Origin: Rhynchobatus australiae | Taxonomy: Eukaryota | NCBI GenBank assembly: GCA_034780895.1 | Contig: JAUZTB010000001.1 | Location: 44,172,841-44,236,840, forward strand | Length of the DNA stretch: 64,000 nucleotides | Reading direction: 5' to 3' | Shown here: positions 40,013 through 52,770 of the stretch, piece by piece | Numbering within the stretch: position 1 is the stretch's first letter | How the letters are laid out: every line of letters starts with the position of its first letter | Made by a program: the position numbers and the translations under genes | The notes under the pieces: model-generated | What the model was told of the DNA's origin: nothing | The model's input: the letters and a program-made list of their open reading frames with translations, nothing else | The model's database searches: none

Positions 40013-41524
40013 GGTTGGGCCTTGGACATTTTCCTGGAGAACTTCCAAAGTGTCATCCCAAAGAACTTCCAAAGAATTTCCAAATAATCAACCTCCAACA
40101 ACCACAAGCATCTTCCTTTGTGCAAAATATGATTCCATCCAGTGATGGTCTGGGGCCAAATGGTCCTATTGAAACCAATTAGATGCATATGTGAGCAGAT
40201 TACTCAGTAAGAATGTTGATGGCATCTTCCATCATCTTGCTGACAGTCAACTGATGAGATGGTAATAAAACAGACAGGATGTGTCTTTTTTAAAAAAAAA
40301 CTGTTCAGTAGGTATTCATACAAATATCCAGGTATAATTATTTTAGCCACTTGTGATAGGATAACTTTCTCATCCCAGAAACCAGCCTTGTGAATCTCTT
40401 TTGGACTGCATCCAATGCTTGTATACAATTTCTGTACAATTGTAACAAGACTTCCCATTTCTAAATTCCAACCCCCTAGCTATAAAGGCCAATATGTTAC
40501 TTGCCTTCTCAATTAATTGCTGCACGTGCATGCAACTTTGTGTTCCAAATTAACACTTGGATGGCCCCTGTACTCCACTCATTTGCAGTTTCTCTACATT
40601 TAAATAGTCTAACTTTTTGATTCCTGCTGCCGAAGCAGTTTCCTACATTAAATGCCCACTCACTTATCCTATCTACATCCTATTGCAGAATTCATTCCTA
40701 ACTATGTTCATGCCATCAGCAAACTTGGATCTCTCATACTCTAAAGCCTGCTCCAGATGGTAAACAATTGAATGCCACTGGTTGAGATTTTAGCTGGGAA
40801 AAAAATTCATTCGTTTCTACAGTCTTCTCCATGATAACCAATCTTCAATTCACATTAACACACTACCCCAATATCATCTACTTTCATTAAATTACCTTCC
40901 TTTATGTTTTTATTTATTTATAAGATGTTCCAATATGTTTCTAACTGCAGACAACCCATGCACTGAGGGGCTGTGTTCTGAGAAAGCAGTCATCTGCTCA
41001 TGCATCAAGAAATGCAAGCTGGAAAAATAAGTTCTATTTACTTCTCCCCTCCCCCGCCCACAGAAATTCTATATCTCAATTTTTTGGTGAGTGATTTGTG
41101 AATTCAGGGCAAATTTCTGTTACCTGAACAGCCATAACACAAGGGTCATCTTGTTTTTTTTTTAAAAACACAACTAATAAATACTCTCTTTGAATGTCAG
41201 GCAAATGAAAACTAAAAAAAATTCACACACTTTGGCACAGCAAATCTCTGAACCCATCATAACCGGTCAAAGGCTATCACCGAGGGCCTCAGCAGGACGC
41301 CACATGACCTACTTACTGCTCAGGCCTCCCCAGAACTCTCTGCCCAGTTCCCAGGTGCAAAAAGTCAGCAAGATTTGCATTCCACATCCTGCCTGGATAG
41401 GTGAAAAAAGGTGGTATCGCAGGAAGCAGGCCAGCCTCAGCATAATTCAGTACATCATTTCCTTCCAACACTCACTGCTTTTTCAAATTGTTTTTCATTT
41501 TGGATTTCAACACATTGATCCAGT

Positions 41525-43135
41525 TAACATAAGAACACAAAAGAAAATAGGAGCAGGAATCGGTCACTTGGCCCTTCAAACCTGACCCACCATTCAAATA
41601 TAATCATGGCCGATTTGCCCTGGCCTCCTCTGTGCCAGTTCCTCAGAGCCCTTGATTTCCTGATCTTTCAAAAATTTGTCTACTTCCTCTTTAAATACAC
41701 CCAATGATCTAACTGTCTGGGCTAGAGAATTCCAGAGATTGACCACCCTCAGAAAATTACCATGCACTTTAGCTTTAAATGACTACCCCTCATTTTGTAA
41801 TTATATCCTCACATTCAAAATTCTCCTACTGGTGGAAACATCAACATCTACCCTGTTATCCCTCAGAATCTTAAATATTTTAATAATTCCACTCCTCATT
41901 CTCCAAATTCCAAAGAATATAGATCTAATCTCTTCAGCCACCCATCTAAGGGTAAGTCTATCATCCTAGGAATGAGCCTAGTTGGATGACTTCCAATGCC
42001 AATGTAGAGATTCTTAAATAAGGGGACCAAAACTGCACATGTACTCCAAGTGTGGCATCATCAGTACCCCGTACAATTATAAAAATATTTCTCCATTTCT
42101 AAAATCCAACTATCTTGCAACAAAGGCCAATAAGCCATTTGCCTTTCTAACCTGCTGCACCTGCCTAACATTTTGCAATTTATGCACAAGATTACCTGCG
42201 TCCCTCTGTACTTGACTCATTTGCAATCTTTCTCCATTTAGATAACAATCCACACCAACCAGTGGCACCCATCTGTATTAATCCCATTTTCTACCATTAG
42301 GGAATAATCTAGGCACTGAAGGCTAAAGTAGTCAACCTTTAGATTCCTTGCACTTTCCCACATTAAACTACATTTGTCAAGTTTTCACCCACTCGCTCAA
42401 CCAATTTAAATCCTATTGCAGAGTCATAATATCCTCATTGCAACATGCCCTCCCACATATTTTTGTGTCAATGGCAAATGTGGATACCCTATGCTCTGCC
42501 CCCTTCTCCAGGCCATCAGTACAAATCAAATAATTGAAGACCAAGGATTGATCCTTGGGGCACTCCACTAGTTACATCTTTACAGCCTGAAAAAACACCT
42601 CTTATTCTGACTCTGGTTGTTGCATTGAAGTTAATTTCTAATCCTTGCTAACACATTTCACTCAGTACCAAGAACTCTTATCTTGTGCGCCAACCTCGTC
42701 ACCTTGTCAAATACCTTCTGAAAATTCTAATTTGACAGGTTCCCTCTTTCAACTCTGACAAATGTGAGTTTTAAGGATGTAAGAAGCAAACATTATTTAG
42801 CTTTCATAAAACCATTTGACTTGGTTTGATTACATTAAACTTCTCTAAATGACAATTTATTTCTTCCTTGATTAAAGACTCCGACATCTTGCCAACAACA
42901 GATGTTAAACTAACAGGCCTCTAGTCATCCACTTTTGGACTTCCTCCCTTCAACGATGGAATCATATTTGCAGTTTTCCAATCCACTGGATACCTTCTAG
43001 GAACTCAATGAATTTTGAGAAACGTTAACTATTGACTCCCTAACACTACAACCACTTTAAAACCTTCAGAGGTAGGCTATTAGAGCCTGGCAACTTGCCT
43101 GGCTTTCATCCTGTTAATTTTTCCAATACCTTGTC
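41525..43135 (-). mobile_element. Decayed CR1-type LINE (~1.6 kb)
   Basis: Tail aacataagaac...ataggagcagga and RT remnants (gatccttggggcactccactagttac, ttaaactaacaggcctctagt). Confidence 0.78.
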
Positions 43136-43983
43136 CCGCATAATATTGATTATTATGAGTTATTCTATTTTGTTTGAAACTAGTCCATTAGATATCTTTG
43201 GGATATGTAGTGTTCTCAGACATGAAGAATGATGTAGTGGGTGGTGATCAAAGTCACTTGCCATATTTCACCCAATCCCTTGAGACCTCTCAGCATCCAG
43301 AATTCATGTTGAGAACTAACGGTCACTCTCCCCTGACATGTGTACACATTGCCACCATCTCCAATTGGTTGGTCCTATCTGAGGGACAGGACATTATGGA
43401 ACCTGATGGAGGAGTCTAGAACATTGGTTAAGAGCCATTTTGAGCAAATCTATGTCAGCATGTTGTTTGACGAAGATGTGCAGTTTTCCTTAATTGGGCA
43501 TGTGCCCTGATGGTGTTAATAGGTTGGGTTTGCCTTTGCCCTGTCCTGTTGATCAGGACAGACAATTCTGCCTGATCTGTCTAGTTATATTTAGTGGTAG
43601 TCATTTTGTTGTTAGGCATTTCAAAGCAAAGTCAGAAGAGTAAATAAGATTGTTACAGGCTTGGAGTCAAAATTACCTGACCAATTGGACGAGGTGAAAA
43701 CATTCCTTTGAGGAATTTGGAACAATAGTTCCTTTTGTTTTAGAAAACTAATTAAGTAATTTCACTACCAAATTACTGATTCTCTTTACAATTTCATTTT
43801 TTTTTGTAAACAAANNNNNNNNNNNNNNNNNNNNNNNNNNNNNNNNNNNNNNNNNNNNNNNNNNNNNNNNNNNNNNNNNNNNNNNNNNNNNNNNNNNNNN
43901 NNNNNNNNNNNNNNNNNNNNNNNNNNNNNNNNNNNNNNNNNNNNNNNNNNNNNNNNNNNNNNNNNNNNNNNNNNNNNNNNNNN

Positions 43984-44125
43984 GTTAGATAGGTACATGG
44001 AGCTGAGTAAAATAGAGGGCTATGGGTAAGCCTAGTAATTTCTAGGTTAGGGACATGTTCTGCACAGCTCTGTGGGCTGAAGGGCCTGAATTGTGCTGTA
44101 GTTTTTCTATGTTTCTGTGTTTCTA
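43984..44125 (+). mobile_element. Young CR1 subfamily 3' tail
   Basis: Near-identical to 515-640 and 52641-52770; abuts a gap. Confidence 0.85.
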
Positions 44126-45781
44126 AAATTAAAAGGCAAATAAGAAAGGTGGAATTGATGAGTTTCATCTGCTGTTCAATGAGTTGATGAGAAGGGACTT
44201 CAGGCATTGAAGCAACTGGGGTTATAATAGTGGAAGTGAAAGTAAACTATAGAAGTACATTCAGCAAAAGTTAATGTCTGATGCTCTTGCTTGAAGAACA
44301 TTTTGATTTCAATACATTAATTCTTAAAGCACTTTAACAAAATCTACTTAAGCTTACACAATCATGGAATTACATATTTGGAGCTAGATGTTATTTCAAT
44401 ATTAACTTTGTGTCTTTCCATGGAAGGTATACTTCTACTCCTGACTTTCCTCAAAATATATTACCTCACACTTTTATTCAAGTTGTGCTTGCCACGTGTC
44501 TGGTGGATACGAGTCTCTTTTAGTTCTCTTCAATGTTATTAAAGCTTCTTTTGTCATATCAAGTCTCATAGCTGTGCTCACAATACCAAATCTGGATACG
44601 ACATTACCAACGCTTCTCCAAAGCATGGCATCTGCAACTCAGCTTATCAATGTTCTATTTATTCTCTATCCCAGCCCTCCCCCCCACCCAAAGACATTCA
44701 AAACAATCCATATCTGAATGATAAAGGAGTTATCAGTAATCAATTTTCACCCACAGTAGTTAGTGTTGAAAGCTTACCCAGAAGAAACCACAACGATAGA
44801 GTTAACCTGGGCTTTAGATGAGATGCTGACCACTTAGCATCCTTAAAGCACTTTGCCACTGTTTGCCTGCCAAATGTACAACTTGATGAAAGACAACTGC
44901 CTACAACTTCTCCTTGCCTTGAGAAGGGCTCACTGGATTATTGAATTCAAAGACAACCCATAAGGACACATTAATCCCCCAGCCAAAGTATTTGCATTCA
45001 GCAATTAATTCAGAATCTAGAGCAATTTTGCCTTCTCATAATCTTTCTATACATGGGGTCTCAATCATTGCAGCAGCATTTTCGATTACTTTTTCTTTAA
45101 CACCCATGCATTCTGTAATCATTTCCCCATGCCACAACTACAAGTATCCAAAAAAAATTTTAGATACATGGACTGATTTGATGTTATAGTAGTATCAAAA
45201 TGGGCAATTTTTTGCAACTCCAATTACTTCATCTTGTTATCCTCAAGACACAGCAGTCTGATCCTCAAATCCTTTTATACTTCACACCAGAATTGTTTTC
45301 CCAGTTAAATAACACCTGAAGCTTAATTTGCAGAAAAATATTTAGATTAGAACACATTGCACTCAAATGCACTCATTGTCAAAGCTTATATGAATGAAAA
45401 TGCACATGGTATAATTTGGTATTGATCCAAGTTAATAAACTTTTTCTTAAAGTTTGATAAATCAAGATAAAGCATACTTTCAAAGTTCAAACCTAAAACT
45501 ACAGTGCATAACAATTTATATACTGGTATATTACGCTAGGGTCAAAGATGAAGTTCTTCACGGGAAATGTTAACTGAACATTTGAGATAGAAATTGGGTG
45601 GCACAGTGAACTGAAACCCAAGTGTTATCTTCCATAACACTGAGACGGTAGTTTAAGCCAGCAAAGGAATTAGAAATATTATCCATCTTGTCATGAAGGC
45701 GGTAGGGTCTATCCTCAATGAGGACAAGCAGCTTACATATTCAGCGTTCAATTTTACAGCAGCAATTACATTTACGTAATT

Positions 45782-48700
45782 GTACAGTGGCTGCAAAAGG
45801 GACTCCAGAATGGTGTGTTGCCTCCCTGGTGCTGGGGTCCAGAGAGTCAGAGTGACTACAGAACATTCTTGAGGGGGAGGGGGAGCAGCTAGAAGTCATT
45901 GTGCACGTTGGCACAAGTACCCTGGTGCTGGGGTCCAGAGAGTCAGAGTGGCTACAGAACATTCTTGAGGGGGAGGGTGAGCAGCTAGAAGTCATTGTGC
46001 ACGTTGGCACAAGTAACAGGTTGAGAAAGGGATGAGGTTCTGCAGAGTGAATATAGGAAGCTAGGGAAGAAGTTAAAAAGCAGGACCCTGAGGGTAGTAA
46101 TCTCTGGACTACTTCCAGTGCCGTGTGATAGTGAGGGCAGGAATAGGATATGGCAAATGAATATGTGGCTGAAAAATTGATGTAGGGGGCAGGGATTCAG
46201 ATTTTTGGACCATTAGGATCTGTTCTGGGGTAGAGGTGACCTGTACAAGAGGGATGGGTTACACCTGAACTGGAGGGGGGAACCAATATCCTGGTAGGCA
46301 GATTTGCTGGTGCTACTAGGGCGAGTTTAAACTAGATTAGGAGCAGGTGGGATCCTAAGCATCAGAGAGGCAAGTGAAAAGCTGGAAAGTGATGCACAAT
46401 TCAGCGACAGCAAGTTGAATAAGCACAACAGGCAGGATGGCAGCCAGGAGAAAGGAAAGCCTATTGGATTAAATTGCAAGAGGTCTGACAGGTAAGGCTG
46501 ATAAATTTAGGGTTTGAATAGCTATATGGGGCAGGGATATTATAGCCATTATGGAGACATGGCTAAGGGTGGGATAGGGCTGGCAGCTTAATGTTCTGGG
46601 CTTTAGGCGGGAGGAAAGAGGAGGAGGGGAGCTGCATTTTCGATTAAGGGGAATGTCACAGCAGTGGTCAGAAATGAAATTACTGAAGGATCATCCAGTA
46701 AGGCTTTATGGGCAGAGTTGAGAAATACAAAGGGGACGATCACATTGTTGGGATTGTATATGCCTCCAAATTGTCAATGGGAATTAGAAGAACAAATATG
46801 CTGCAGAGTTTTAAGAATATAGGGCTGTCAAAGTAGATTTTAACTTTCTAACATAGACTGGGACTGCCATACTGTTAAGGGCTTAGATGGGGTGGAATTT
46901 GTTAAGTACATTCAGGAAAGTTTGCTTGGGCAATATATAGAGGGCCCTACTAGAGAGAGGGCAAAGCTCAATCTACTCTTGGGTAATAGAGCAGGGTAAC
47001 TGACTGAGTTGACTGGGGAGCACTTTCTGATCAGTAACCATATTCCTATTGGTTTTAGAGGCCCTGGCCAGGAAAAAGGAGGCATGGGTCAGGTAAAGGC
47101 AACTAAGATCAATTTAATCGCTAGAAGAATACAAGGGATGCAGAAATGTACTCAAGGAGGAAATCAGGCAAGCAGAAAGGGGCATGAGACAACTCTAGCA
47201 GAGATTACAAAAGATTCAAAGAGATTTTATATGTATATTAAGAGAAAAAGAGTAACTAGAGAGAGAATAGGGCACCTCAAAGACCAAAGGGGACACTTCT
47301 GTGTGGAGCCACGAGAGCTGGGCAAGGTCCTTAATGAATATTTCTCCTGTTTTTAATATGGAGAAAGACATGAAGACTTCAGAACTAGGAAAAGTAAATG
47401 GGGAGGTCTTGGGGATGATCTGCATTATAGTAGAGGAGGTGATCTCCAGGGCCTGACCAGGTTTATCCAACACTGAGAGGCCAGAGAAGAAATTGTGGGA
47501 GCCCGCACTGAGGGCTGCATCATCATTAGCCACAGATGAGGTGCCAGTAGACAGGAGGGTAGCGAATGTTGTGCCTTTATTTCAGAAGGGTAGCAAATAA
47601 AAACCTGGGAACTATAGGCCAGTAAAGTCAAACATCTGTGGTAGGTAAGTTACTGGAAAGGATTCTGAGGGATAAGATATATGTACACCTGGAAAGGCCG
47701 GGGTTGATTAGGGATAGTCATCATGGCTTTGTATATGGGATTGAGTTTTTTTTGATGAGAGGACCAAGAAAGTTGATGAAGGTAGGGTGGTAGGTGTGGT
47801 TTATATAGACTTCAGTAAGGCCTTTGATAAGGTTCCACATGATAGGCTGCCCTGGAAGGTTAGATCACATGGAATCCAGGGAGAGCTGGCTAATTGGATA
47901 TACAACTGGCTTGTAGGTAGAAAAAAGATGGCGATGGCAGAAGGTTGTTTCTTGGACTGGAGGCCCATGACTAATGGTGTGCCACAGGGGCTGATGCTGG
48001 GCCCATTGTTGTTTGTCATCTATANNNNNNNNNNNNNNNNNNNNNNNNNNNNNNNNNNNNNNNNNNNNNNNNNNNNNNNNNNNNNNNNNNNNNNNNNNNN
48101 NNNNNNNNNNNNNNNNNNNNNNNNTGCCACAGGGGCTGATGCTGGGCCCATTGTTGTTTGTCATCTATATCAATGATTTAAATAAGAATGTACAAAGCAC
48201 GGTTACTAAGTTTGCAGATGACACTAAAATAGGTGGTATAGTGGACAATGAAGGTCATCAAAAATTACAGGGGAATCTTGATCAGCTGAGTAAGTGGGAC
48301 AAGGAATATCAAATGGAGTTTAATTTAGTTAAGTACGAGGTGTTGCATTTTGGAAAGTCAAATCCAGGTAGGACTTTCACAGTGACTGGCAGGGCCCTGG
48401 GGAGGGCTGTAAAACAGAGGGACCTTGGAGTACAAGTACATGGTTCACTGAAAGTGGAGTCACAGGTACAGGGCAGTGAAAGTGGTTTTTGACACACTGG
48501 CCTTCATAAGTCATGACATTGAGTATAAAAACTGGGAGGTTATGGTGTGGTTGTACAGGACTTTAGTGAGGCTGCACTAACTATTGTAACCACATTAGCA
48601 TTCTGTTCAGTTTTGGTCACCCTTCTATAGGAAGGATGTTATTAAACTGCAAAGAGTGCAGAAAAGATTTACAAGGATGGTGCCAGGACTTGGGGGACTG

Positions 48701-49122
48701 AGTTATACAGAGAGGTTGGACAAGCTAGGACTTTATTCCTTAAAGCATAGGAGACTGAGAGATTGTCTTATGGAGGTGTATAAAATCATGAGGGGCATAG
48801 ATAGGGTGAATACAGACTTTCCCCCACAAAGTTGGGGTATCAAGGACTAGAGGACATAGGTTTAAGGTGAGAGAGGAAAGATTTAAGAGAAACATGAGGG
48901 GCAACATTTTTTATTTTTACACAAAGGTTGTATGCATGTGGAATGAGCTGCCAAAGGAAGTGTTTGGAGCAGGTACAATAACAATTTTTAAAAGACAGTG
49001 GATAGGTACATAGATCAGAAAGGTTTAGGGTCTAATGCTGGCAAATGGGACCAGCTTGGGTGGGGCATCTTGGTCAGCATGGACCAGTTGGGCTGAAAGA
49101 CCTGTTTCCGTGTTATATGACT
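45782..49122 (+). mobile_element. Near full-length decayed CR1 LINE (ORF1 esterase, APE endonuclease, RT), antisense in SP3 intron 4
   Basis: ORF1 SGNH-like VIVHVGT / RVVISGLLPV / DGLHLN, endonuclease remnants, and RT motifs VYIDFSKAFDKVPH, GVPQGLMLGPLLFVIYINDL and KFADDTK. Multiple frameshifts. Confidence 0.92.
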
Positions 49123-49279
49123 AATTGAAAGATCATGGCATTATTCAACATACCTGCAGACAGCACATGATGCAGAAATTCCACAAAGATATGGAAAAAA
49201 ATAACAGATTTATACATCCTTAGCATCAAATTTAGGAAATTGTATTGCATTATAGATCTAGTGAAATCAATATACTTAC

Positions 49280-50735
49280 TTGAATTGTGTGTACCTTGTA
49301 ACTGAATGCCTGAAGTGAATGAATTCACAGTTGCTGTCTGCAATTGTGGGCTACTAACTGTTAATGGAGCTGGTGCAATTGGAGTCAATGCTCCACTGGA
49401 TGCTACTTGGCCCAATGTAACAGTATGCACTGGAGTAAGAGTTATCTGCTGGGTTGGTGCATTCTGAATTTGCACATTTTGCAAGTTCTGGATGTTCTGC
49501 ACCTGAAAGGTTTGCCAGGCAATTTCTCCAGATGGGGTTAACGTTGGGGCTCGTAATATCAGGGAGCCTGCATTTTGGACTACTTGTAGTTGAAGATTCT
49601 GCAAGGCTTGCTGAGGAACAGCTTGTGCAGTAATGGTTTGTCCTGCAATTGTCTGTATTGCCTGCTGCGGAATACTCTGAACAATCTGTGGCTGGACAGC
49701 ATATTGTTGATGTGACTGAAATTGAATTTGATGGTCAGCTGATTGCGAGGCCGAACCTTGTATATCTTGTAACTGTGTTTGATCAACAGTAGGCTGGTTC
49801 ACATGAAGATCAGTTGTTGCCTGTATCTGGTCAGAGGTTGCAGTAGAATTACTACTGGAAGTTTGTTGTGCAGTATCAATATGATCATCTGAAACAACCA
49901 TATGACCCACTGAGGTTGTTGGCACAAACGAAGCTATATTAGTGTTAGAGTCACTAGAAGCTGAATTCTGCACAGCTACAGAAATACTCTGATCATCTGT
50001 CCTTGCTGAGGTATCTATAGTATTTATAGCTTCTGATGAAACAGGTATCATCTGGCTTGAAGTTGTAATTGCTGTAGCATTACTCTGAGTCATGGACTGT
50101 GAAGTAGGTGTTCCCTGCGAATCAACATCAACATTTCCAATCGGCACAAAAGCAACATTTCCTGTTAATCCAACAGGGACATTAGTGAGAAGCTGTGTTT
50201 GACCAGGGTAAGTACCACCACCATAGGCAACTCCTTGGATATGCACCGGGACATGTGCATTACTCTGCTGTATTTGAACTGAAACAGTCGGCGACATAAG
50301 ATTTTGGGTGGTTAGAATATTGCCTGAAGGAGTCTTACCGCCAATTAATGCTTGGCTAGTGCCAGGAATAATTTGAATTTGGCCATTACCATCTTGCTGC
50401 AATGCTGTTTCCGTATTAGATGAGCCTAAGCTCAGCTGCAAGTGTTGCCCATCTCCAGTCTGAATTTGTGGAATAACTTGATACTGAACACTAGGCACTA
50501 CACCCGTTGCAGCTGTGGATGATCCTGGAGCGACAGCAAAGACCTGCTGGTTCTGCAAACCTTGTAAAACATACTGTCCACTTGTTGGTACAGAAGCAGT
50601 GACAGGAGATCCAGGAACCTGTCCAGTAATTTGCACAAAATTACCTGCAGTATCTTTTGTTACTACAGTGGGTGCTGAAGTTATTAGCTGCCATCCATTT
50701 GATGCTGCTAATTGTGCAGAAGCCAAGTCAAGGGG
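49280..50735 (-). CDS. SP3: SP3 coding exon 4 (Gln-rich activation domains A/B and Ser/Thr-rich region)
   Basis: Polypyrimidine acceptor ttcttctag|CCC, donor A|GTAAGT, 1456 nt open. Motifs DLASAQL, VQYQVIPQIQ, QQALQNLQLQ, WQTFQVQ and QQITLTPV match SP3. Confidence 0.95.
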
Positions 50736-51514
50736 CTAGAAGAAAAAAAAAGAAATGCATTATTTTAACATAGTCTAAATATTACAAGATGTTACAAAAG
50801 CTTTGCATTTTTTTTATGTGGGGGAAAAAAAATCAATTAACCAGAATTAAAATTTGATTGCCAAAAACTGATTCTGACAGTTAGTCCTTGCAGCATATAA
50901 ACTTCCATATCAACATTCACAGCCAACCCCTGATCTTGCCAACTCTATCATGTCAATTACAGGCAAGGCACCTTAACACTTTCTTCCATTATCTTCAACT
51001 CTCTACATCTGACCTTCACAGGGAAAAAGAACTCCAAGTCACTGATAACTCTACTTTGCCAACCATAAATATCTACCATTTGGGCTGCCACTTGCAACAT
51101 ACTTGTGGCTACTGCCTAGAGTGGAAACATGGAGCTGAAATTACAATCAGATCAGCCATCATTTTATTAAATGGCAGAGCAGACTTGAGGAGCAAATAGC
51201 CATCTCCTTGTTCACGTTCTTCTAGTTTGCTCAATCACATCCTGACATCAACTTCTGATGCACTTGTCACTATTAAAACCATTTTTCTAAACCTTCCCCC
51301 CCCCACCCCCGTCCTCACCCATCATGGGGCTGTTTACCCTGCTATAGATCAACTCCAAGGGTGATGCATCTGAAACTTTTGGCAGGCAATGAGCTTAGCT
51401 GTTTAACACATGTTGTTGCTCCCAGGTGCTGTCCTCCTCTGCCAAAACCCACACTATTCCAAGATGATCCTGAAATGAAAAGATAAGCCTAGCTACACTT
51501 CATAACTAACCTTA

Positions 51515-51574
51515 CATAGAAACATAGAAAAACTACGGCACAATTCAGGCCCTTTGGCCCACAAAGCTGTGCCG
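51515..51574 (-). mobile_element. Young CR1 subfamily 3' tail (reverse orientation)
   Basis: Reverse complement matches 44060-44119; runs into a gap. Confidence 0.8.
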
Positions 51575-52439
51575 NNNNNNNNNNNNNNNNNNNNNNNNNN
51601 NNNNNNNNNNNNNNNNNNNNNNNNNNNNNNNNNNNNNNNNNNNNNNNNNNNNNNNNNNNNNNNNNNNNNNNNNNGGCTTCTTAACCACAGAGTCAACCTG
51701 CGCAGTCACCTCGAGCATCCTATGGACTCGGATCCCAAGATCCCTCTGATAACCTTCTTAAAACCATTCTCCGATTCCTCTTTCGGTGTCACTTTGAACA
51801 CCAAGACTGAGACTACTACCTTTGCTGCTTCCCACCCTTACTCTAACACACCAGGTTGAGTGCACAAGTTGCTGGTTTTCAGAAGGTAGGCCTGCATGTG
51901 CCTCCAGACCAACTGGACTGACTCAACTCCCTCTGAAATAGCTCAGAAAATTATGCTTGGAAATTTTTCCATGGAAAATACCTTATTTATTATTGACATA
52001 TACATTCCATGAACAAATTTTAATATATATCCCTGCCTTGTCAGATCCTGAACTAGCATCCATCTTCCTTCATATCCCCACTGAACTAGTATGATTAGAC
52101 CCACTGTCTAATACACCAAAATGCTAACGATCCACTTGTTAGCTGTTTTTGAGTCTGTTAATAGTTACGAAAAATACTGAAGCAATGCTGAAATGTTATA
52201 AATGACATTTTATGTGACAGTGACCTTAGCCATCACCTGTCAATCTTCTCAGCTGATCTGCAGCCTTGGACACGGGTGACCACATCATCTCCTTGCAGCA
52301 ACTCTCCTCCCTCATCCAGCTGGATGGGATGGAACTCATCTGCCTTCTTTCTTAATCTAGACAACTGTAGCCAGTGAATTACTTGCAGTAACTTTACAAC
52401 CTTGGGAATCTTCCAAAGATCTATTATTGTTATCCCCTT

Positions 52440-52770
52440 TTTGGGATAACAATATCCCAAAGTGCCCGATTGCACTTACACCGATCATAGCCAAATGCTT
52501 CGAGAGACTGATTTTGAAGCACATTAAATGTGCTATCCCTNNNNNNNNNNNNNNNNNNNNNNNNNNNNNNNNNNNNNNNNNNNNNNNNNNNNNNNNNNNN
52601 NNNNNNNNNNNNNNNNNNNNNNNNNNNNNNNNNNNNNNNNCTAGGTACGTGGAGCTTAGAAAAATAGAGGGCTATGGGTAAGCCTAGTAATTTCTAGAGT
52701 AAGGACGTTCTGCACAGCTTTGTGGGCCGAAGGGCCTGAATTGTACTATAGGTTTTCTATGTCTCTACGT
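52440..52770 (+). mobile_element. Rex1-like RT fragment, then a gap, then a young CR1 tail
   Basis: PIALTPIIAKCFERLIL motif before the gap; CR1 tail at 52641-52770. Confidence 0.7.

Noticed and set aside
47979-48170. Duplicated GVPQG-region inside the CR1 RT
   Set aside because: Exact duplicate across a 100-N gap; assembly artefact.
49113-49279. C-terminal extension of the 537-aa ORF
   Set aside because: Read-through past a consensus GTAAGT donor into intron; SP3 similarity stops at the donor.
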